From contig CALJDK010000077.1 in the NCBI GenBank assembly GCA_938023735.1, forward strand, positions 966 through 64,965: 64,000 nt of DNA, given 5' to 3'. Within the stretch, counting starts at the first letter, position 1, and each line of letters begins with the position of its first letter. This stretch comes from an uncultured Acidimicrobiales bacterium (GTDB taxonomy: Bacteria; Actinomycetota; Acidimicrobiia; Acidimicrobiales; SHLQ01). The notes below the pieces were generated by a model. That model was not told the origin of the DNA. It ran no database searches and saw only the letters and a program-made list of their open reading frames with translations. A program made the position numbers and the translations under genes. This document shows, piece by piece, positions 57,627-64,000 of the stretch.

Positions 57627-58487
57627 ATGGATACCACACGCGCCAAGTCCGTAGGGGCGCTTCAAGATGCCGTCGATCAAACGCCGGCCATGTCGTACGC
57701 TGAACCGTCCGAGTCCTCGGTGTTCGGTTGTCGTCTTCACGCAATCGACGAAGCCACCATGTTTGGCATGATCGAAAGCTCGATCAGCGCCAACGAACGG
57801 GTCATCGTGGCCAGCCAGAACATGCATGGTGTGCACACCCATCTCATCGATCCGGCCTTCCGGATGCTCCACGACAGCCCGGAAACCAGAGTGCACATCG
57901 ACGGTACGCCGTTGGTGTGGCTGTCGCAGCTCAAAGGCGACGAAGTCGGCTACGAGCACCGAACCGGTTGCATCGACTGGGTACCCAACCTTTTCGCACT
58001 TGCTGCCCAGCGCTCGTGGCGGATCTACCACCTCGGCTCCACCGACGATGCGCTCGATGCTGGCCTCGCCGAGATTCGACGAACGCACCCCGATCTCCTC
58101 ATCGAAGGCCGCAACGGCTTCTTCGATGTCGATCCGGCGGGATCCGAAAACCGCGAAGTCGTCGAAAAGATCAACGCCGCTGACCCTGACATCCTTCTGG
58201 TCGGAATGGGCATGGGTCGCCAGGAACAATGGATCCTGCAGAACAAAGAGAGACTCAACGTACCGGTGATCATCACCACGGGAGCGATGATCAAATTGCT
58301 CGCCGGTGAACTCAACATGGCTCCTCGGTGGCTCGGCCCACTCGGACTCGAATGGGTCTTCCGTTTGTACGACAACTTCGGTGAGACCGCTCAGCGATAC
58401 CTCATCGAACCGTTCCACATCCTCTGGAACGCACAGAAGCGCCACCGCAACCAGGCCGCACAACTCCCCACCGGAGGTGGCCGCTAA
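57627..58487 (+). CDS. WecB/TagA/CpsF family glycosyltransferase
   Basis: IDGTPLVW, RNGFF, DILLVGMGMGRQEQW, APRWLGPLGLEWVFRL, RYL. Confidence 0.9.
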   Translation: MDTTRAKSVGALQDAVDQTPAMSYAEPSESSVFGCRLHAIDEATMFGMIESSISANERVIVASQNMHGVHTHLIDPAFRMLHDSPETRVHIDGTPLVWLSQLKGDEVGYEHRTGCIDWVPNLFALAAQRSWRIYHLGSTDDALDAGLAEIRRTHPDLLIEGRNGFFDVDPAGSENREVVEKINAADPDILLVGMGMGRQEQWILQNKERLNVPVIITTGAMIKLLAGELNMAPRWLGPLGLEWVFRLYDNFGETAQRYLIEPFHILWNAQKRHRNQAAQLPTGGGR

Positions 58488-59269
58488 TGGCTCGCCGCAT
58501 CATTATGTCAGCCGACGATTTCGGCTTCGACGAAGACACCGTCGACGCAACGATCGAGGCCTTTGAAGCTGGAGTGATCCGCAACACGTCGATCATGGCC
58601 AACATGCCAACCACCAAACTTGCCGCCGACTACGCGGCCGAAAACCCTCAGCACAGCTACGGCGTGCACCTCACCTTCACCCGCGACACGGTTGAAGGGC
58701 CGGTCCTCGATGCCTCCGACGTCCCCGCACTGGTAGGCGACGACGGGCTCTTTCTCCCCGGACGCGATGCCCAGATCCGGGCGCTGACCGGCCGCTTCCC
58801 TACCCGCCAGATCGCCAACGAAATGGCCGCGCAGATCAGCCGGGTCATGGATCTCGGGGTGAAGGTCGACTACGTCGACAGCCACAAACACCTCCACAAG
58901 TTTCCGAACTTTCGCAAGGCGCTGCCGATGGTGCTGTCGCAGTTCGGGATCTCCCATGTGCGCACGGTGCAAAACACGTTCGTACCTGAACCAAAGAAGA
59001 CCCGACCGACGGTTCTCCTCGGCGGCGTACTTCGCGGTCCGCTGGAACGCCGCTGGCGCTCGACCGATCACTTCTTCATGGGTGATGGCGATCTCACCAC
59101 CGAGTGGTGGAACAAGGTCCCGATTCCCGAACACGGCGAAGTCCTCGAGGTCGGTGGCCACCCCGGCACCAACGAAGCCTGGCGAGCCCGAGAAGCCGAC
59201 CAGCTCGCAAAGTTCGCCGCTCGAGCCCAAGAAGCCGGCGCCGAACTCATCCGCTGGCGAGATCTGTAA
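58487..59269 (+). CDS. ChbG/HpnK (YdjC) family carbohydrate deacetylase
   Basis: SADDFG, TSIMAN, GVHL, DSHKHLH, GHPG; TAATG overlap with the upstream gene. Confidence 0.9.
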   Translation: MARRIIMSADDFGFDEDTVDATIEAFEAGVIRNTSIMANMPTTKLAADYAAENPQHSYGVHLTFTRDTVEGPVLDASDVPALVGDDGLFLPGRDAQIRALTGRFPTRQIANEMAAQISRVMDLGVKVDYVDSHKHLHKFPNFRKALPMVLSQFGISHVRTVQNTFVPEPKKTRPTVLLGGVLRGPLERRWRSTDHFFMGDGDLTTEWWNKVPIPEHGEVLEVGGHPGTNEAWRAREADQLAKFAARAQEAGAELIRWRDL

Positions 59270-59376
59270 TTCTCGTTCCGGCTTCGCCTCCACGCCTTCG
59301 GCATTAGTCACCGCCGGCGCCCTCGCTCTTGCTAGCGCGGCGAGACGACACCAATCACCTTCCCCAATCTGAATAC

Positions 59377-59480
59377 GGTGTCTGGAACCGTCTTTCGTCC
59401 GCGACACAGGTGTCAGACACGAGTGTCGCGGGTGGACCCCTCCTTCGTTTGCGACACAGGTGTCAGACACGAGTGTCGCG
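59377..59480. repeat. REP-like cluster: GGTGTCTGGAACC plus two copies of (C)GCGACACAGGTGTCAGACACGAGTGTCGCG
   Basis: 59400-59430 is the exact reverse complement of 17741-17771; second copy at 59451-59480. Confidence 0.88.
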
Positions 59481-59498
59481 GCTATTACGCTTTGGTTG

Positions 59499-60050
59499 AT
59501 GCACAAGTTTTGTTCTGAGTGTGGGCAACGGGTTGACCTGGCGCCTCCCTATGGGTGTCCGCATTGTGGGTTCCGGTTTTGGGCCAACTCGAAGCCATGC
59601 GCTGGAGTGCTGGTCGAACATCGCGGCGAGATTCTGCTGATCCGTCGGGCCATCGAGCCATGGTTCGGCGAGTGGGACATTCCCGGCGGTTTTGTCGACG
59701 CCGGCGAACACCCCGAAGACGGCGCACGACGCGAACTGCTCGAAGAAACCGGTCTCGACCTTCCAGTTGTCTCGCTGCTCGGCATGTGGATGGACACCTA
59801 CGACAACGGTGACGAGATGTACCCGCAGTCGCTGCTCAACATGTTCTATCTGGCCCAAATCCCCGATGAACACGACCGACCGGCACCAACCGTCGACCCC
59901 GCCGAAGCCAGCGATTTCGGCTGGTTCTCGCCCGACAACCTGCCGTCGCCAATTGGGTTCCCGAACCACCAGCCCGCAGTAATCGCCGCATGGTCCGCGA
60001 AACGTTCCAACGGCCAAGAGTTCGCTCCGCTTCCCGCCCGTTCGGACTGA
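59499..60050 (+). CDS. NUDIX hydrolase with N-terminal zinc ribbon
   Basis: FCSECG..CPHCG, PGGFVDAGEHPEDGARRELLEETGL; start trimmed to ATG 59499. Confidence 0.9.
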   Translation: MHKFCSECGQRVDLAPPYGCPHCGFRFWANSKPCAGVLVEHRGEILLIRRAIEPWFGEWDIPGGFVDAGEHPEDGARRELLEETGLDLPVVSLLGMWMDTYDNGDEMYPQSLLNMFYLAQIPDEHDRPAPTVDPAEASDFGWFSPDNLPSPIGFPNHQPAVIAAWSAKRSNGQEFAPLPARSD

Positions 60051-60094
60051 CCCAAACAGCCAGCGGCCTTTGACCGTCCTGCTAGATTCTGGCC

Positions 60095-60961
60095 ATGACA
60101 AAATGCGCCTATCTCGGACTCGGCGTCATGGGTTACCCCATGGCCGGACACCTCCAACAAGCTGGTCACGATGTCGTAGTCTGGAACCGAACCACCGCGA
60201 AAGCCGACGCCTGGGTATCCGAATACGGCGGTGCAAGTGCAGCAACGCCCGCAGCAGCAGTTGCCGACGCCGACCTCGTGTTCCTCATCCTCGGTAACGA
60301 CGACAGCGTCCGCGATGTTTGCAATGGCGACGACGGCGTGCTCGACAACATGAAGCAGGGCGCCGTTCTCGTCGACCACACCACTGCGTCAGCCGAACTT
60401 GCGCTCGAACTCTCAGCGGCCACCGAACAGCGAGGGCTTGGGTTTCTCGATGCACCGGTCTCGGGAGGGGAAGCCGGCGCGCAGAACGGCGTGCTTACCG
60501 TCATGTGTGGCGGCACCGACGAGCACTTCGCCACGGCCAAGCCGGTCATCGATACCTACGCCCGGGCCACAACACTGCTCGGCCCGGCCAGCAGCGGCCA
60601 ACTCACCAAGATGGTCAACCAGATCTCCATCGCTGGTGCGCTGCAAGCACTCAGCGAAGCCATCAACTTCGGCAACGCCGTCGGCCTCGACATGGATCAG
60701 GTCGTCGACGTCATTTCCCAGGGCGCGGCCGGCTCGTGGCAAATGGAGAACCGGGGAAAGACCATGGCCGCCGACGAGTTCGAGTTTGGGTTCGCTATCG
60801 AGCACATGCGGAAAGACCTCGGCATTGCCATCGCCGAAGCCAAGCGCCGCGGCGCAGATGTCACCATTACCGAGCAGGTCGATGGTTACTACGCCGACAT
60901 CATGGAAATGGGCGGCCAGCGCTGGGACACGTCGGCTCTAATCCGCCGTCTCACCCGGTAG
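60095..60961 (+). CDS. NAD(P)-dependent beta-hydroxyacid dehydrogenase (3-hydroxyisobutyrate/GlxR family)
   Basis: GLGVMGYPMA, WNRT, DAPVSGG, KMVNQ, MRKDLG. Confidence 0.92.
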   Translation: MTKCAYLGLGVMGYPMAGHLQQAGHDVVVWNRTTAKADAWVSEYGGASAATPAAAVADADLVFLILGNDDSVRDVCNGDDGVLDNMKQGAVLVDHTTASAELALELSAATEQRGLGFLDAPVSGGEAGAQNGVLTVMCGGTDEHFATAKPVIDTYARATTLLGPASSGQLTKMVNQISIAGALQALSEAINFGNAVGLDMDQVVDVISQGAAGSWQMENRGKTMAADEFEFGFAIEHMRKDLGIAIAEAKRRGADVTITEQVDGYYADIMEMGGQRWDTSALIRRLTR

Positions 60962-60971
60962 ATTAGGTCGG

Positions 60972-62351
60972 GTGAACGACTTCGACCTCATCATCATTGG
61001 CACCGGTTCAGGAAACTCGATTCTCACCCCTGACTTCGACGACGCCAACGTCGCCATCGTCGAAAAGGGTGTCTTTGGTGGTACCTGCCTCAACGTTGGC
61101 TGCATCCCCTCAAAGATGTTCGTGTACACCGCCGACGTAGCGCTTCAGGCAACCGACAGCTCCAAGTACGGCATCACCACGTCGTACTCGGGAGTCGATT
61201 GGCCGGCCCTTCGCGATCGGGTCTTTGGGCGTATCGACCCCATCGCTGCGGGCGGCGAACGGTACCGCACCGACGAGCAGGAACACGTCACCGTCTTTAA
61301 GGGCGAAGCCAGCTTTCGCGGACCAAACGAGCTCTCGGTACTTGCCAACGACGGCACCACAACCAGCATCACCGCTCCCAACATTGTCGTCGCCGCCGGC
61401 GCACGGGTTTCGATTCCGCCAATCCCGGGCCTCGATGACGTCGGCTACTACACGTCTGACACCGTCATGCGCGTCGACGAACTGCCGTCAAGAATGGTGG
61501 TGGTAGGCGCCGGGTACATCGCGTCCGAGCTGGGCCATGTGTTCAGCAGCCTCGGAGTCGACGTGACCTTCCTCAATCGCAGCGCCAAGATGCTCCGGAA
61601 TGAAGACGACGACATCAGCGATCGGTTCACCGAGGTGTCCGCCCGTCGCAATACCGTCCTTGCCAACGTGTCCGATGTGAGCGTCGCCCGGTCTGACTCG
61701 GGCACCATCACCGTCGACATGACCGTCGATGGTGCGACCCACAGCCTCGAGACCGACGCCATCCTCATCACCACGGGTCGCACCCCCAACGGCGACCGAC
61801 TCAACCTCGACGCCGCCGGAATTGCCAGCGACGATGCCGGTTACATCATCACCGACGACCACGGCCGAACCAATGTCGACGGCGTCTGGGCGCTCGGCGA
61901 TGTCACCACGGCGCTGCAGCTCAAACACTCGGCTAACCACGAAGCTCGGGTGGTGGCGCACAATCTCGCCAACCCCGACGACATGATCAGCCGCGACCTT
62001 TCGCTGGTTCCCCATGCCGTCTTCGGGAACCCCCAGGTCGCCGCAGTCGGATTGACCGAACGCGATGTCAAGGCCGCCGGCACGCCCTACGTCGTGAAGA
62101 TCCAGAACTACGGCGATACCGCTTACGGCTGGGCGATGGAAGACACCGACAGCTTCGTCAAGCTCATCGCCCACGCCGAAACCCGACTTCTGTTGGGCGC
62201 CCACATCATTGGGCCTCAGGCTTCCACATTGATCCAACAGCTCATCCAGGGCATGCGGTTTGGGCAAACGGTCGACGAGATGGCACGCGATCAGATGTAC
62301 ATCCACCCCGCCCTCAGCGAAGTTGTCGAGAACGCCCTACTCGGCCTGTAA
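60972..62351 (+). CDS. mtr: Mycothione reductase
   Basis: IIGTGSGNSI, GGTCLNVGCIPSKMFV, QLKH, YGWAMED, YIHPALSEVVENALL. Confidence 0.9.
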   Translation: MNDFDLIIIGTGSGNSILTPDFDDANVAIVEKGVFGGTCLNVGCIPSKMFVYTADVALQATDSSKYGITTSYSGVDWPALRDRVFGRIDPIAAGGERYRTDEQEHVTVFKGEASFRGPNELSVLANDGTTTSITAPNIVVAAGARVSIPPIPGLDDVGYYTSDTVMRVDELPSRMVVVGAGYIASELGHVFSSLGVDVTFLNRSAKMLRNEDDDISDRFTEVSARRNTVLANVSDVSVARSDSGTITVDMTVDGATHSLETDAILITTGRTPNGDRLNLDAAGIASDDAGYIITDDHGRTNVDGVWALGDVTTALQLKHSANHEARVVAHNLANPDDMISRDLSLVPHAVFGNPQVAAVGLTERDVKAAGTPYVVKIQNYGDTAYGWAMEDTDSFVKLIAHAETRLLLGAHIIGPQASTLIQQLIQGMRFGQTVDEMARDQMYIHPALSEVVENALLGL

Positions 62352-62407
62352 TCGGACCCGTACACGAGCTTTCGTATCCAACTCGCTGCTCTGAAAGACT
62401 GCGAAGC

Positions 62408-63283
62408 ATGGACGACATGAACGGCAAGACCGCAGTGATTACCGGCGGGGCGAGCGGCATGGGCAAAGCAATGGCTCAACGGCTTGGCGCTGCAGGCATG
62501 AAGATCGTGCTCGGTGACATCGAGGAACCAGCTCTCGACGCCACCACGGCCGAACTGGAGGCAGCTGGGGTCGAGGCTCTCGGTGTGCTCACCGATGTAT
62601 CGAACTTGGCAAGCATGAGAGCACTCGCCGATACCGCCAAGGCAAAGTTTGGACCCGTCGATGTCGTAGCCCTCAACGCCGGAGTTGGGGGCGGAACCGG
62701 CCGGCTCGAAACGCTCACCACCAACGACTGGCAGTGGACCTTTGGCGTGAACCTGCAGGGCGTCGTGCATGGGATTCAGGTGTTTCTGCCCGATCTCAAG
62801 GCCGCCGATTCGGGTCACGTCGTGATGACGGCATCGGTGGCGGGGCACCTTGCCTACCCGAGCATGGGGCCGTACAACGCAACAAAGTACGCCACGGTGG
62901 CCTTGGCCGAAACCCTCCGGGCCGAACTCGATCACGACGGGTCCAACGTGGGCGTGACCTGTCTTTGCCCAGGGCTGGTGCTGACCGGCATTTTCCAGTC
63001 CGAACGAAACCGGCCCGAACAACTCCTCGACACCACGATCGCCAGCGAGCCTATCGACGACGAACAAGCGGCACGCCGCGCCGTGATGGCCGACATCATC
63101 CTCAGTCAGGGCAAGAGTGCTGAGATGGTCGCCGACCTGGTGCACGATGCGATCCGCGACAACACCTTCTGGGTCTTCACCGACGGCGACTTCGACCAGG
63201 CAATCGCAGAACGCCACGCAGCAATCCGCGATCGTCGCGCGGCGAACACGCCTGAATCGCTCCTAAACATCTACGACGAATGA
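62408..63283 (+). CDS. SDR family oxidoreductase
   Basis: TGGASGMG, LNAG, YNATK, LCPG. Confidence 0.9.
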   Translation: MDDMNGKTAVITGGASGMGKAMAQRLGAAGMKIVLGDIEEPALDATTAELEAAGVEALGVLTDVSNLASMRALADTAKAKFGPVDVVALNAGVGGGTGRLETLTTNDWQWTFGVNLQGVVHGIQVFLPDLKAADSGHVVMTASVAGHLAYPSMGPYNATKYATVALAETLRAELDHDGSNVGVTCLCPGLVLTGIFQSERNRPEQLLDTTIASEPIDDEQAARRAVMADIILSQGKSAEMVADLVHDAIRDNTFWVFTDGDFDQAIAERHAAIRDRRAANTPESLLNIYDE

Positions 63284-63936
63284 TCACCACCGCAGTGGTA
63301 TTCGCCGCCGGATCCGGCACCCGATTCGGTGGTTCCAAACAGTTCGCACGGCTCGGAGACGAACGCGTTATCGACCGTGTGGTCCGAACTGCGTCGGCCA
63401 GTTGCGATCGAGTTGTCCTGGTGCTGCCCAAAGATCACGTCTGGGCCGGCCAACCGGTGCACGCCGTCGTGGCCGGTGGGGCAACACATGGGGCCTCGGT
63501 CCGCAACGGAATGCAAGCGGTAGGCGACGACACCGACATCGTGGTGCTAGCCACAGCGTCGCACCCGCTCGCCAGCAACGAGCTCTACCGGCGGGTCATC
63601 GACGCCGTCGCCTCGGGTGCGGATGCAGCGACCCCGCAAGGCCACCTTCCCGATGCGATCAAGCGGCACAAAGACTCCACAATCATCGAAACGGTGGCCA
63701 AAGCAGAATTGGCGGTCGCACAGGCTCCGAGTGCATTCGCTTTCGAGCCGCTTCGGAACGCCTTGGCCACGGGCAACAATGCTCCCGAAGAGCTTCAACT
63801 CATCGAAGAGGCCGGAGGGCACGTGGTGTTCGTCGACGGCGAAGACACCAATCTGCACATCACCACGCCGCTCACCCTCGAAATGGCCAACGCACTCATC
63901 CCCTTGGTGCCGCAGTATCCTCAGGGGAATGTCTAG
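63280..63936 (+). CDS. IspD/TarI-like cytidylyltransferase with a divergent active site
   Basis: AAGSGTRFGGSKQF retained; HDAARP, QTPQ, TDD and KIT motifs altered. Confidence 0.72.
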   Translation: MITTAVVFAAGSGTRFGGSKQFARLGDERVIDRVVRTASASCDRVVLVLPKDHVWAGQPVHAVVAGGATHGASVRNGMQAVGDDTDIVVLATASHPLASNELYRRVIDAVASGADAATPQGHLPDAIKRHKDSTIIETVAKAELAVAQAPSAFAFEPLRNALATGNNAPEELQLIEEAGGHVVFVDGEDTNLHITTPLTLEMANALIPLVPQYPQGNV

Positions 63937-64000
63937 CGCTTTCGGCACGCTGTTTCGTGTTGCAACCTTTGGTGAGTCCCACGGCGGTGGCGTCGGCGCA
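63929..64000 (+). CDS. aroC: Chorismate synthase, 5' fragment
   Basis: Manual translation MSSAFGTLFRVATFGESHGGGVGA contains the AroC N-terminal FGESHG signature. Confidence 0.88.
   Translation, partial: MSSAFGTLFRVATFGESHGGGVGA

Noticed and set aside
59400..59480. Possible CRISPR repeat-spacer-repeat (30-nt repeat, 20-nt spacer)
   Set aside because: Only two units; the same sequence occurs overlapped without a spacer at 17741-17798; no leader or cas genes. A REP-like element fits better.
4865..59498. N-terminal extensions in the ORF track (starts at 4865, 7174, 20652, 27471, 28741, 33400, 37353, 50208, 51770, 59460)
   Set aside because: They overlap neighbouring genes or repeats; family similarity and RBS or overlap evidence support the downstream starts I report.
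252..63948. Many long alternative ORFs (e.g. 252-908, 8514-9638, 14148-15125, 24469-25644, 26447-27487, 51980-52978, 58508-59506, 62291-63217)
   Set aside because: They are antisense or frame-shifted shadows of well-supported genes, expected in high-GC DNA, and carry no recognisable motifs.

Overview
High-GC bacterial chromosome segment, almost certainly Actinomycetota (mycothione reductase, F420-type LLM oxidoreductase, EchA19/EchA20-like crotonases); Acidimicrobiia is a plausible but unproven guess. About 60 densely packed CDS. I found no rRNA, tRNA, CRISPR array, transposase or prophage. The left 14 kb is a compact, apparently catabolic gene cluster: APH-like phosphotransferase <- | -> amidohydrolase, MerB-like protein, amidohydrolase, PhyH dioxygenase, LLM -> <- TIM-barrel isomerase, SDR, Gfo/Idh/MocA, SDR, SDR, His-type DegT enzyme <- | -> TetR, acyl-CoA ligase. 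Its two divergent promoter regions share the same 10-bp-phased motif CTA-N7-TAG-N7-CTA-N7-TCG (3 copies), which suggests one regulon for an unknown substrate. This is the best candidate for an undescribed system. The rest holds cell-envelope and secreted-protein genes (two RTX-repeat proteases, NamZ, MBOAT plus SGNH, OmpA, WecB plus YdjC), a tandem glycine riboswitch with gcvP, mmsA, surE, mtr, a degenerate IspD and the start of aroC. A family of short palindromic REP-like repeats (core GTRYCTGRMAC) occurs at three intergenic loci, and many 12-20 nt tandem micro-duplications are present. All product calls come from motif recognition by eye, with no database searches.
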